From IMG/VR virus record IMGVR_UViG_3300017987_000009, positions 27,589 to 91,588 of that record: DNA of 64,000 nucleotides, one strand, 5' to 3'. Both the position numbers and the translations under genes were made by a program. Below, piece after piece: positions 46,762-56,595 of the stretch. The notes beneath the pieces were generated by a model. The model saw only the letters and a list, made by a program, of their open reading frames with translations, made no database searches and was not told the origin of the DNA. Position 1 is the stretch's first letter; every line of letters begins with the position of its first letter. The stretch is from a virus.

Positions 46762-47453
46762 GGGCGGTCGGCTACATCCGAGTGAGCACCGACGAGCAGG
46801 CCGAGCACGGCGTCGGCGTGGAGGCGCAGCGAGACAGGATCGCCGCGTACGCGCGCCTGTACGACCTCGAGCTCGTCAACGTGCTCGTCGACGAGGGCGT
46901 CAGCGGGTCGGCGGCCGAGAGGCCGGGGCTCCGCATGGCGACCAACGCGCTAGAGGACGGGCACGCGGAGGCGCTGGTCGTGGCGAAGCTAGACCGCCTC
47001 ACCAGGTCGCTCCCCCACCTGCTGTCGCTGATCGACGAGTACTTCGGGGAGCGGTTCACGCTGCTGAGCGTCGCCGAGCAGCTCGACCCGCGCACGGCGA
47101 GCGGCCGCCTGGTGATGAACATCCTGGGCGCGGTGGCGCAGTGGGAGCGCGAGACGATCAGCGAGCGGACCAAGGCCGCGCTCGCGTTCAAGCGGTCGCA
47201 GGGCGAGTACACGGGCGGCGGCGTGCCGTTCGGGTTCCGCCTCGACCACGCAGGGCGGCTGCGCCGCAACATGTGGGAGGCGCGCGCGATCGACGAGGCG
47301 CGGGCGCACGCCGGCCGCGGCCTGTCGCTGCGGCAGATTGGGCGCGCCCTCGAGGCCGACGGGTTCTTCCCCCGCGCGAGCGGGAGGTGGAGGGCGAAGC
47401 AGGTGTCGCGCCTGCTTCGCGAGGACAACCACGAGACAAGGAGGCTAGGATGA
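46758..47453 (+). CDS. Serine recombinase (resolvase family, short recombinase C-domain)
   Basis: GYIRVSTDEQ catalytic Ser, DEGVSG..RPGL, KLDRLTRS, AQWERETISERTK, PFGF. Confidence 0.93.
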   Translation: MRAVGYIRVSTDEQAEHGVGVEAQRDRIAAYARLYDLELVNVLVDEGVSGSAAERPGLRMATNALEDGHAEALVVAKLDRLTRSLPHLLSLIDEYFGERFTLLSVAEQLDPRTASGRLVMNILGAVAQWERETISERTKAALAFKRSQGEYTGGGVPFGFRLDHAGRLRRNMWEARAIDEARAHAGRGLSLRQIGRALEADGFFPRASGRWRAKQVSRLLREDNHETRRLG

Positions 47454-48975
47454 ACAGAGACAAGGAACTGGCGCGCGCGCTGATCGCGGCGCGCAACCTG
47501 CTGGACCGGGCGCTGGTGATGGCGCACCACGGCAGCGACTGCGAGTGCGACGGGTGCTTCGGCCTGCGTGACGAGCTGAGCGCGCTGCTCGGCGACGAGC
47601 CCGACGGGTACTGCGCGCCCGACCGCTCGCTGTCGCGAAGCTTCGTCGAGGGCCTGGCGCGCCTCGACGAGAGGCGCACTGGCGCGCCGGCGTTCGAGCG
47701 AGAGGACGCGCGGCCGTCCGAGAACTTCGACCTGCTGCACGGGTACCAGGTCGTCAGGTCTCGGGACCTGTCGCTAAGGGAGCGCGTGCGAAGAAGCCGG
47801 ATCGTGCTGGTCGACCGCGGCGACCGCGAACGGCCGGCGGGCCTGCCGCGGTTCCAGCGGTACGTGACCGCGCTGCACTACTACGGCGACGCGGAGTGGA
47901 CGTGGGGCCACTACTACTCCGACTTCGAGCGGGCGAGCGACGAGTTCGACCGTCGTGTCGAGAGGGGGTTCTGATGTGGGTGTTCACGACGCAGGGCTTC
48001 TACTCGATCAACCGCACGCCCGACGGCGAGCGGCTCCAGCTCCGCGCGCGAGTGCGCGAGGACATCGACAAGTTCCGCGAGAAGTACTGCCCGTCGCTGG
48101 GCGAGACGATCGAGCTCGGCGGGACGGACTACCGGTACCGTGCGGAGGCGAGCGAGCGCGCTCTTGCCGCCGCGATGGTGCTGGTGGTCACGGACGTCAA
48201 CTACCAGGACTTCAAGAACGCGGTCGAGGACAGGCGCCTCGGCCGCCACAACGCGTACCTCGGGGTGTGGAAGATTCTCCGCCAGTACCTCGAGCTCGTG
48301 GAGGAGGCCGACCGTGACGATTAGGTTCACCGACGGGATGGAGTTCGACACGAGCGGCGAGCTCCGCAAGGTCAAGCGGTCCGACGGCTGGTACGTGGTC
48401 GGCGACGGGATGCTGGTCCCGGTCGGCGGCCCGGAGGAGGCCGACGCGTTCATCGACAACTTCACCAAAGCCAGCGAGGAGGGACGGGCGAGATGACGAG
48501 ACGACGAGTCAGGGTCGACGAGGACGAGCAGCGCGTGTGCCCGGTCTGCGGGCGCGTCGTGCCCGCGAGCCGCGGCGACGACAAGTACTGCTGCGGCGAC
48601 GCGCACGAGCTGGAGTACCTGCGGGAGCGCGTCAAGGAGCAGGACGAGCGGATCGCGCGGATGTCCCGCAAGAAGGGGCCGATCCAGTGCCTCGGCCAGG
48701 TGCGCTGGTCGACCTGTGTGCAGGAGTGGTACCTCAAGGACTCGTACGACGCGAAGCGCCGCGCGGTCGAGCTGCGCAAGCTCGGCTACGTGGTGGCCGC
48801 GTCCACGATCGGGAGGATGCCGTTCGCCTGCGAGGGCGACGGCGGGACGGCGGCTTGGGTGAAGGTGACGATCTTGACGGCCGTGAAGGATGACGGCTCG
48901 GGCGAGGCGCCGCCTCCGCCGGGCGTGTTCGTCGACGGCATCAGGACCAACGGCAACGAGAGGAGGACGCGATGA
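47450..48975 (+). other. Four coupled hypothetical genes (47450-47974, 47974-48324, 48314-48496, 48493-48975)
   Basis: Overlapping start/stop codons with RBSs. Confidence 0.6.
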
Positions 48976-49862
48976 AGCAGGCGTTCGTTTGCTGGAACCC
49001 GACGCGCGAGACGGCCGACCGCGTCGCGCAGTGCGACGCGATCGTCAACGAGTACATGGAGCAGGGCTACAAGCTGACGCTTCGGCAGCTGTACTACCAG
49101 TTCGTCGCTCGCGGCCTGGTCCCCAACACGGAGAGGTCCTACAAGAACCTCGGCTCCATCGTGTCCAAGGCGCGGCTGGCCGGGATGCTAGACTGGGACG
49201 CGATCGAGGACCGCGGCCGCCAGCCCAACACGCCGAGCGAGTGGGACAGCGTCGCCGACCTGGTCGAGGCGGCGCTGTCTCAGTTCCGCCTCCCGCGGTG
49301 GGGCGGCCAGCCGAACTACGCGGAACTGTGGGTCGAGAAGGAGGCCTTGGCCGGCGTGCTCGAACCGATCGCGGAGCGTTACCATGCGACGTTGATGGTC
49401 AACAAGGGGTACTCGTCGTCCAGTGCCATGTACGAGAGCGCGAAGCGCCTGCGGAAGCGGGGCCGCCGCGCGCGGCGCGTCTTCGTCTTCTACCTGGGCG
49501 ACCTCGACCCGTCGGGCGAGGACATGGTGCGCGACATCGAGGAGCGGCTCGAGCTGTTTACGTGCGGCGTGCTTGATCTCGAGGTGCGAAAGGTCGCGCT
49601 GACGATCGAGCAGGTCCAAGAGTACGACCCGCCGCCAAACCCGACGAAGCTGACGGACAGCCGCGCCGGCGGGTTCGTCGAGAGGTACGGCCACGAGTGC
49701 TGGGAGGTCGACGCCCTCGAGCCAGCGGTGCTTCACGAGGTTATCGAGGCGGCGTTCGACGAGGTAGTCGACCGCAAGGCGATGGACATGGTGATCGAGC
49801 GCGAGGAGAGCGACAAGATGCATCTTCGTCGCTTGGTCGATGAAATGGAGGTGGCGAGATGA
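48972..49862 (+). CDS. Topo VI-A/Spo11/JetD-like TOPRIM protein
   Basis: LTLRQLYY winged-helix Tyr motif, WVEKEAL, KGYSS, LGDLDPSG, WEVDAL. Confidence 0.8.
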   Translation: MKQAFVCWNPTRETADRVAQCDAIVNEYMEQGYKLTLRQLYYQFVARGLVPNTERSYKNLGSIVSKARLAGMLDWDAIEDRGRQPNTPSEWDSVADLVEAALSQFRLPRWGGQPNYAELWVEKEALAGVLEPIAERYHATLMVNKGYSSSSAMYESAKRLRKRGRRARRVFVFYLGDLDPSGEDMVRDIEERLELFTCGVLDLEVRKVALTIEQVQEYDPPPNPTKLTDSRAGGFVERYGHECWEVDALEPAVLHEVIEAAFDEVVDRKAMDMVIEREESDKMHLRRLVDEMEVAR

Positions 49863-50349
49863 GGACAACGACACTGCTGCTCGGCGCGGAGGGCTTCGCC
49901 GAGCTCAACCAGGATGGCGTCTCGTGGATGCGCGAGGCGACTGACGAGGAGGTCGACGCGTTCCGGGCCGAGCTCGGCCGCGGCGACTTCGACGAGTCGT
50001 GCGTCGACGGCACCGGCAGGCCGTACTTCGTGGTGGTCGTGACCGACGAGGCGCCGGCCGGCGTGTGGGCGTTCGCCCGCGCGATGAAGCGCGCGGTGCG
50101 GCTCGAGGAGTTGGACATCTCGGAGGCGACGTGATGAGAGGCGCGAAGCCGACGCACACGCTGGTGGTCAGGAGGAAGACCGTCGCCGACGGCGCCCCGT
50201 CCGCGGTCGGGCCGTCGTTCAGGGTCGGCGCCGCTTGGGAGAGGGACGGCTTCATCAGCATCGTCCTGGACCCGTGCGTCACCCTGGCGGACCGGAGCGA
50301 CTTGTTCATCAGCTTGGTCCCGGTCGAGGAGGTGAAGCATGTGGGGTAG
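49859..50349 (+). other. Two small hypothetical genes (49859-50134, 50134-50349)
   Basis: Coupled starts; the second has RVGAAW...ISIVLD. Confidence 0.55.
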
Positions 50350-51037
50350 CAACTTCAGGAGCGCGGCCAAGCCGCCGGGCAGCCGGATACGCGAGGCGCT
50401 CAAGCCGCTGGTCGCGCACAACGCGGTCGTCGACAGGTGGGTCGAGACGATACCCGAGGACCTGCGCGCGTCGTCGCCGTGCCTCAGGGAGGGCGCCGGC
50501 TGCGCGCACTGCTGCCGGCAGATGGTGATGACGTCGATCCCGGAGGCGCTGCTCGTCGTCTCCGACCTGGTCCAGCTCCCGGACGGGATCGGGTGGCTGC
50601 GGGACGTCGGGCTCGCGGAGATCCAGCGGCAGAGGAACATGTCGGCCGAGCCCGGCATGTCCAACGTCGGGTGGTTCAAGCGCGGGATCCGGTGCGCGTT
50701 CCTCGACAAGGACGACCGCTGCGTCGTGTACCGGCTCCGCCCCGTCGTCTGCCGCACCTACCTCGTCGTCGACGGCGGCCCGGACCAGTGCACGGTCCCG
50801 GAGAGGCGCGTCAAGTGCCTCGACACCCGCGACGTCGACGAGCTGACGGCGCGTGCCGTGGAGCGGGTCGCTTCCGAGCTGCGGGTCGACCCGCGCCCGC
50901 TGCCGCTGCCGGTCGCGGTGGACTGGGCGCTGACCGGGTACTTCCAGGGGCTCGGCGAGCTGCGCCGCCGGCTCAAGGGCGCGTCGCGCGTCGAGGCCTG
51001 CGTCGGAGAGGACGGGACCATTGTCGTCCGGGACTGA
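50339..51037 (+). CDS. YkgJ-family Cys-cluster (CxxCxxCC) protein
   Basis: C...GCAHCC, CAFLD...CVVYRLRPVVCRTY. Confidence 0.85.
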   Translation: MWGSNFRSAAKPPGSRIREALKPLVAHNAVVDRWVETIPEDLRASSPCLREGAGCAHCCRQMVMTSIPEALLVVSDLVQLPDGIGWLRDVGLAEIQRQRNMSAEPGMSNVGWFKRGIRCAFLDKDDRCVVYRLRPVVCRTYLVVDGGPDQCTVPERRVKCLDTRDVDELTARAVERVASELRVDPRPLPLPVAVDWALTGYFQGLGELRRRLKGASRVEACVGEDGTIVVRD

Positions 51038-51605
51038 GTTCGGCACGATCATCATCGACCCGCCGTGGCCGGAGCGCGGCGCCGGGAAGGTCAAGCGCGG
51101 CGCGGACCGCCACTACTCGCTGCTGTCCACGCACGACATCCCGCGGGTGATCGGGTCGAGCCCGGCGTTCCGGCCGGCGGACGACTCGCACCTGTGGGTG
51201 TGGACGACGAACAACTACCTGCCGCACGCGGTCGCGCTGTTCCCGCTTCTCGGGTTCCGGTACGTGACGAACCTGGCGTGGGTGAAGATGGCCGAGCTCG
51301 AGCTGAGCGTCGTACCGGTCCCGACCTACCTGATCGGACTGGCGAGCGGCATGCTGCAGATCGGGCTCGGCCAGTACTTCCGCGGCGCGCACGAACTGCT
51401 CCTGTTCGGCGTGCGCGGCAGGGCGATGGTGCCGCCGCCGGCGAACCGCCTACCAAGCGTCGTCGTCGCGCCGCGCGGCAGGCACAGCGCGAAGCCCGCG
51501 GAGTTCTACGAGCGGGTCGAGCTGGTCAGCCCGCCGCCTCGCCTGGAGATGTTCGCGCGGTCCCTCCGCGACGGTTGGACATCGTGGGGGAACGAGGTAC
51601 AGTAG
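51021..51605 (+). CDS. MT-A70-family adenine methyltransferase
   Basis: IIIDPPW, HLWVWTTN, GLGQYFRGAHELLLFG, HSAKP, LEMFAR...GW..WGNE. Confidence 0.92.
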   Translation: MSSGTEFGTIIIDPPWPERGAGKVKRGADRHYSLLSTHDIPRVIGSSPAFRPADDSHLWVWTTNNYLPHAVALFPLLGFRYVTNLAWVKMAELELSVVPVPTYLIGLASGMLQIGLGQYFRGAHELLLFGVRGRAMVPPPANRLPSVVVAPRGRHSAKPAEFYERVELVSPPPRLEMFARSLRDGWTSWGNEVQ

Positions 51606-51633
51606 CGGCCCGCTAGGGAGAAGCGGACCACCG

Positions 51634-51672
51634 ACCGCCCTGGGCCTACGGCTCGGGGCGGTTTTCTTTTCT
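51634..51672 (+). terminator. Rho-independent terminator closing the early operon
   Basis: ACCGCCCTGGGC-CTACG-GCTCGGGGCGGT stem-loop followed by TTTCTTTTCT. Confidence 0.8.
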
Positions 51673-51674
51673 GC

Positions 51675-51710
51675 GCACTTCAACCCCCTGGCGGCCTGGC
51701 ACTTCAACCC
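51675..51710 (+). repeat. 12-bp perfect direct repeat GCACTTCAACCC x2 upstream of the packaging genes
   Basis: Copies at 51675-51686 and 51699-51710. Confidence 0.75.
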
Positions 51711-51757
51711 AGGGTGCCGGGTGGACAACGCCTGCCGGCGCGGTTAGTCTCGAAGGC

Positions 51758-52387
51758 ATGGCCGCCAAGCTGACGGGGAAGGACCTGCGCATGGCGCTCG
51801 CGCGCCTGCGCGGCGCGATGGTCGAGGGCCTCAACGACGACGAGATCGCCGAGCGCGTCGGCATCGCGTGGGAGGAGGTCGCCGAGCTGAAGCGCAAGCT
51901 GCTCGACGCGGAGGCCGAGGCGGCGCGCGCCGAGCCGACCGAGCACACCTACGCTAGGTACGTCCTCGACCAGCGCCAGTGCATCAAGGAGCTCGACACC
52001 ATCATCGACGACTACGAGAAGGAGAAGAACGTCTCGGCGATCGTCGGCGCCGTCCGCGCCAAGTCCGACATCCTGGACCGGGTCCTCAAGAGCGGGCAGG
52101 AGCTCGGGCTGGTCAGGAAGCGCGCGGCCGCTGGCGGGCTCGCCGCCGGCGAGGCAGTCAAGAAGCTGAACAGCTCGCAGTTCCGCCAGTACATCGTCAA
52201 CGAGATGAAAGTGTTCCAGACGCTAGTCGTCCGGCACGGCGACGGCTCGCTGCTCGACCTGGACCCGGGCCCGCTCCACGTGCCGGAGAAGGTGGCGAAG
52301 CAGCCTGTCGCACGCGCCCGCCCGCACGCGAGGACCAAGGTCTACGGCGGCCGGCGCGTCCTGCGGGACGGCGAGGGGGATCAGTGA
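51758..52387 (+). CDS. Putative terminase small subunit
   Basis: N-terminal HTH (GLNDDEIAERVGI), helical core; heads the packaging module. Confidence 0.55.
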   Translation: MAAKLTGKDLRMALARLRGAMVEGLNDDEIAERVGIAWEEVAELKRKLLDAEAEAARAEPTEHTYARYVLDQRQCIKELDTIIDDYEKEKNVSAIVGAVRAKSDILDRVLKSGQELGLVRKRAAAGGLAAGEAVKKLNSSQFRQYIVNEMKVFQTLVVRHGDGSLLDLDPGPLHVPEKVAKQPVARARPHARTKVYGGRRVLRDGEGDQ

Positions 52388-52478
52388 CTTCCGCGCTCCA
52401 GCGCCATGTCGGAGCAGGCTGCCGGGTTTCTGACGTCTCGGCAGCTGTCAAGAGCGCACTCAACCAGGGAGGTGAGCA

Positions 52479-52784
52479 ATGTCAGACCGTATCGTAGCGA
52501 CAGGGTCGTTCCTCGGGACGGGGAGCGCGCTGAACATCACGAAGCTCGGCTTCAGGCCTCGGGTCGTGAAGCTGATGAACGTGGCGTCAGGCGGGCTGTG
52601 CACGTTCTACTGGAACAAGGAGATGCCGGACGCGTCGGCGTGGAAGGAAGCGAACCACGACACCGCCCAGCGGTCCTTCATCACCAGCAACGGGATTACC
52701 CCGCTGGCCAACGGCTTCACGGTTGGGGCTGACGCTGACATGAACGTGTCGGGCGAGCAGGTCTACTACGAGGCCCACGACTAG
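52479..52784 (+). CDS. Small beta-rich protein, probably virion-associated
   Basis: TGSFLGTG...LGFRPRVVK...NGFTVG..MNVSG..YYEA, a pattern seen in phage structural proteins; GGAGGTG RBS. Confidence 0.55.
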   Translation: MSDRIVATGSFLGTGSALNITKLGFRPRVVKLMNVASGGLCTFYWNKEMPDASAWKEANHDTAQRSFITSNGITPLANGFTVGADADMNVSGEQVYYEAHD

Positions 52785-52876
52785 GCAGCAAGCTCGTCGG
52801 CCCCGGCGCGGCTCGGCACGGACGGTACGACGCCTGAGCCTCTCGCCGCGCCGGGGGTCGGCACCAGGAGGAGAGC

Positions 52877-53323
52877 ATGCCATTCTCACCGTACACACCG
52901 TTGTCGAACATCCGGATGTTCGACACTGTCCAGCAGGGCGGCTCGCCGCACCAGGCCCCGAAGTTCACGGTGCACCGCAAGCAGCTCGCCGCTGTCGACG
53001 GCGCCGGCGCGATCGCCGACCGCAGGCTCGGGATGAACATGGCCGGGTTCGAGTACGCGGTCGTGCGCGTCGTCCCGTCTTGGACGGGCGGCAGCCCGTC
53101 GCCGAACATCGAGGTGCTGTTCTGGTCAGAGGAGGCCGGCGCGTTCATCCAGGAGGCGACGACCATCTCGCAGGCGGCGCCGGCGGCCAAGACGCCGTAC
53201 GACCTGCGCGTCCCAGTCCGCGGCCGGATTATTTTCGTCAAGGTGACGGGCACTATCGTCGGGGCGTCCGGCGACCGGGTCGACGTGCTCGTGGCGGGCG
53301 ACCAGCTCGACCGCGGCAGGTAG
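52877..53323 (+). CDS. Hypothetical beta-sandwich protein, probably structural
   Basis: AGGAGG RBS; beta-rich composition. Confidence 0.5.
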   Translation: MPFSPYTPLSNIRMFDTVQQGGSPHQAPKFTVHRKQLAAVDGAGAIADRRLGMNMAGFEYAVVRVVPSWTGGSPSPNIEVLFWSEEAGAFIQEATTISQAAPAAKTPYDLRVPVRGRIIFVKVTGTIVGASGDRVDVLVAGDQLDRGR

Positions 53324-53330
53324 ACCGGGT

Positions 53331-54842
53331 GTGCGCGGCGCGGAGGTCATACCCCTCGTGCGGGGGGCGGCGAAGAAGCTCGACAAGCTGGAGCGGTCGC
53401 AGCTCGAGACCGTCTACGAGCAGTACCGCACCGCCTCCAACGAGTGGCTGCGCCGCCAGATCGTAGAGAACAACCGGATCGACATCCTCGCGAGCGTGGT
53501 CCTGGGCTACGACGTCGAGCCCTTCCACCTCGCGATGATGCAGTGGCAGTTCCTCCACCCCGAGTCGCTGCAGCTCTCGTTCCGCGGCGGCGGCAAGACG
53601 ACGGTCTGCACCGTCGCCAAGGCGATCCACTACCTGTGCAAGAACCGCGACCTCCACATCCTGCTCGCGTCGGAGAGCAAGGGCACGGCGTCCGGGTTTC
53701 TTCGGGAGATCAAGGGCCACCTCGAGGGGAACGAGCGGCTGATCGAGGTGTTCGGCCCGTTCTACGACCCGAAGGTCGTGGCGAAGTGGGACACCTACGA
53801 GATCGACGTCGTCGGCAAGGCGACCGGCTCGAAGGAGGCGAGCGTCACCTGCATCGGCGTCGACGCGTCCATCACGTCCAAGCACTTCGAGGTCGCGCTG
53901 ACGGACGACCTGGTCGTGGAGAAGAACAGCCGCACCGAGGCGACGCGCGAGCAGGTAAAGAACTGGTTCTACCACACGTACACGCCGCTAATCATGCCGC
54001 CGCGCCCGGGCGTCGAGCACTGCGGCGAGCACCACATCCTCGGCACGCGCCAGTGCCCGGAGGACCTGTACGAGCACCTCCAGGAGAACGAGCTCAAGGA
54101 GCACGCCCAGACGATCCCCGCGCTGGACGAGCGCGAGAACTCGCCGTACCCGAAGCTGTACCCGCCGGCGTTCTTCAAGAAGCAGCGGCGGAAGATGGGC
54201 GTGCTGCGGTTCGGCGCGCAGTACCAGCAGGACGTCGAGGCGATGCGCGGCGAGGTGTTCCAGCACAACGACTGCATCCAGCTCGACGCCGAGGAGTACC
54301 CCGCGCTCACGCGGCTCAAGGTCTACATGGGCGTGGACATGGCGGTCGGCGACAAGGAGAAGAACGACTTCTTCGCGATCTCCGTCGTCGGCATCCTGGG
54401 CTCGATCCGCAAGGACGACTTCTTCTCGTACCTGCTGGACTACTACCTCGAGCACCTTCGCGCGTCGCGGCAGGAGGCGAAGGTGCTCGAGTTCTACGAC
54501 AAGTGGAAGCCGCTGCGGACCGGGGTCGAGATCAACCAGTACCAGGACATCCTGCGGCAGACGCTGAAGGAGAAGCGGCCGGGTATGGTGGTCTATCCGA
54601 TTCATACGCAGCTCGACAAGACTACGCGCGCCTGGAAGCTGGCGCCGCTCGTCGAGGGCCACCGCATGTTCTTCCTCGGAGACGGCGTCCACGCGCGGCC
54701 GATCGACCACCTCGTGAGGTTCCCCAACGGCAGGGGGACGAAGGACTACTTCGACTCGCTGGACAACGCGATCCGCGCGGCGCGGCGGAAGGCCGGCCGC
54801 AAGCGGCCGGAGCGGAAGAAGTTCGGACTGATAGGAGGCTAG
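53331..54842 (+). CDS. terL: Terminase large subunit
   Basis: FRGGGKTT Walker A, ALTDD Walker B, GTR coupling motif, F..QYQQ, MGVDMA and DYFDS nuclease aspartates; precedes portal. Confidence 0.92.
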   Translation: MRGAEVIPLVRGAAKKLDKLERSQLETVYEQYRTASNEWLRRQIVENNRIDILASVVLGYDVEPFHLAMMQWQFLHPESLQLSFRGGGKTTVCTVAKAIHYLCKNRDLHILLASESKGTASGFLREIKGHLEGNERLIEVFGPFYDPKVVAKWDTYEIDVVGKATGSKEASVTCIGVDASITSKHFEVALTDDLVVEKNSRTEATREQVKNWFYHTYTPLIMPPRPGVEHCGEHHILGTRQCPEDLYEHLQENELKEHAQTIPALDERENSPYPKLYPPAFFKKQRRKMGVLRFGAQYQQDVEAMRGEVFQHNDCIQLDAEEYPALTRLKVYMGVDMAVGDKEKNDFFAISVVGILGSIRKDDFFSYLLDYYLEHLRASRQEAKVLEFYDKWKPLRTGVEINQYQDILRQTLKEKRPGMVVYPIHTQLDKTTRAWKLAPLVEGHRMFFLGDGVHARPIDHLVRFPNGRGTKDYFDSLDNAIRAARRKAGRKRPERKKFGLIGG

Positions 54843-54846
54843 GGAC

Positions 54847-56592
54847 ATGGGAGAAGAGTCACAGGCCAAGACGATCGTGGCGCCGTCGCCGCGCCTGCCG
54901 AAGCTGCGCGCGCTCGTGATCCAGGCGCCGGTCGAGAAGCAGGCCGGCGAGGAGTACGGCGAGTCGAAGCAGGTCCCGGACGAGGACCCCTGGTCCGACC
55001 TGATCTCAAAGGGCCGGGTCATCAGCCCGCCGTTCGACCTGTTCGTCCTCACGACGATGACCGAGACGAACAGCGAGCTAGGCCCTTGCGTCGACGCGAT
55101 GGAGAAGAACATCGACGGCTTCGGCCACCGCCTCGTCGCCCGCGTCGAGGCCAAGAAGGCGCCGGCCGGCGTGGTGGAGCGGGTCGCCGCCGAGAAGGTC
55201 CGGCTGAAGAACTTCTTCCTGTACGCGGGCATGAAGGACTCGTTCCGCGCGCTGCGCCGCAAGACGCGCCGCGACATCGAGGCGACGGGCAACGGGTACT
55301 GGGAGGTGGTGCGCGGCGCCGACGGCAAGGTCCAGTACTTCAAGCACATGCGGTCCTACCAGGTCAGGCTCACGCCGCTGGAGGAGCGGTCGGTCCTGGT
55401 CGAGATGCCGATCCTCGAGATTCGCGAGGGCGGCGGGCTGGCCATCGAGAGGATCAAGGTGCGCGAGCGGTTCCGCAAGTTCGTGCAGGTGAGCTCGGTG
55501 ATCCGCACGAGGTCGACCCAGACTGCCGGCTTCAAGAAGCGGTGGTTCAAGGAGTTCGGCGACCCGCGCGTCTACGACTGCGAGACCGGCGAGCTCGTGC
55601 CGAAGAAGGACCTCGCCGACTTCCCGGAGGCGAAGCGGGCCAACGAGGTCGTCCACTGGAAGATCTACTCGACGCGCTCGCCGTACGGCCTGCCGCGCTA
55701 CATCGGCGCGCTGCTAGACATGTTCGGCGACCGCAAGGCCAGCGAGGTCAACTACGTCACGTTCTGCAACAACAACATCCCGAGCATGGTCATCGCCGTC
55801 GCCAACGGCCAGCTGACGCAGGACACCGTCGACCGGGTCACCGAGTTCATCGAGAAGCTGCAGGGCGACGACAACCGCAGCAAGGTCCTGGTCATCGAGG
55901 CGGAGTCGACGGGCGAGGAGGGGGAGGACAGCGGCCACATCAAGATCGACATCAAGCCGATGACGTCGGAGCAGATCAAGGACGCGCTGTTCCAGAACTA
56001 CTCGAGGAGCGCGCGCGAGAAGGTGCGAGTGTCGTACCGGCTGCCGCCGATCTTCGTCGGCAGGTCGGAGGACTACACGCGCGCGACGGCCGACACGTCG
56101 AGGCGCCTCGCCGACGAGCAGGTGTTCGCGCCGGAGCGGGACGACTTCGACGACTGGATCAACCGGATCCTGTTCCCCGAGATGGGCGTGCTGTACCACG
56201 ACTACAAGTCGAACAGCCCCAACACGACGGACAACTCCGAGCTGGTGAGGATCCTGGCCGGCGCGGAGAAGACGGGCGGCATGACGCCGCGGCGCGCCGA
56301 TCTGATCCTCGCAGACATCCTCGGCCAGGACCTGCCGGACTTCGCGGAGGACGAGCGGTTCAACCTCGACCTGCCGTTCAGCCTGTCGATGGCGGAGGCC
56401 GTCAAGAACCAGGGCGACGCGGCGGAGGTCGGGCAGTCGGTGACCGCGCTCAAGCGGCTGGCCGGGCTGATGGGCCCGGACACCGCGCCGGCGGACGTCG
56501 TCAAGACGCTGCTCGAGATCCGCGGGCGGTTCGCGGCCGCCCTCGAGGAGGAGGCCGCGCTGGAGCACGACGAGGGACGCGAGGAGGAGTAG
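54847..56592 (+). CDS. Portal protein (PBSX-like)
   Basis: DIEATGNGYWEV.R, ANEVVHWK...YGLPRYI, F.NN.IP, YRLPPIFVG..DYTRATA. Confidence 0.9.
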   Translation: MGEESQAKTIVAPSPRLPKLRALVIQAPVEKQAGEEYGESKQVPDEDPWSDLISKGRVISPPFDLFVLTTMTETNSELGPCVDAMEKNIDGFGHRLVARVEAKKAPAGVVERVAAEKVRLKNFFLYAGMKDSFRALRRKTRRDIEATGNGYWEVVRGADGKVQYFKHMRSYQVRLTPLEERSVLVEMPILEIREGGGLAIERIKVRERFRKFVQVSSVIRTRSTQTAGFKKRWFKEFGDPRVYDCETGELVPKKDLADFPEAKRANEVVHWKIYSTRSPYGLPRYIGALLDMFGDRKASEVNYVTFCNNNIPSMVIAVANGQLTQDTVDRVTEFIEKLQGDDNRSKVLVIEAESTGEEGEDSGHIKIDIKPMTSEQIKDALFQNYSRSAREKVRVSYRLPPIFVGRSEDYTRATADTSRRLADEQVFAPERDDFDDWINRILFPEMGVLYHDYKSNSPNTTDNSELVRILAGAEKTGGMTPRRADLILADILGQDLPDFAEDERFNLDLPFSLSMAEAVKNQGDAAEVGQSVTALKRLAGLMGPDTAPADVVKTLLEIRGRFAAALEEEAALEHDEGREEE

Positions 56593-56595
56593 CGG

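Noticed and set aside
46758-47974. IS607-like element
   Set aside because: The recombinase lacks an N-terminal MerR-type HTH and the next gene is not TnpB.
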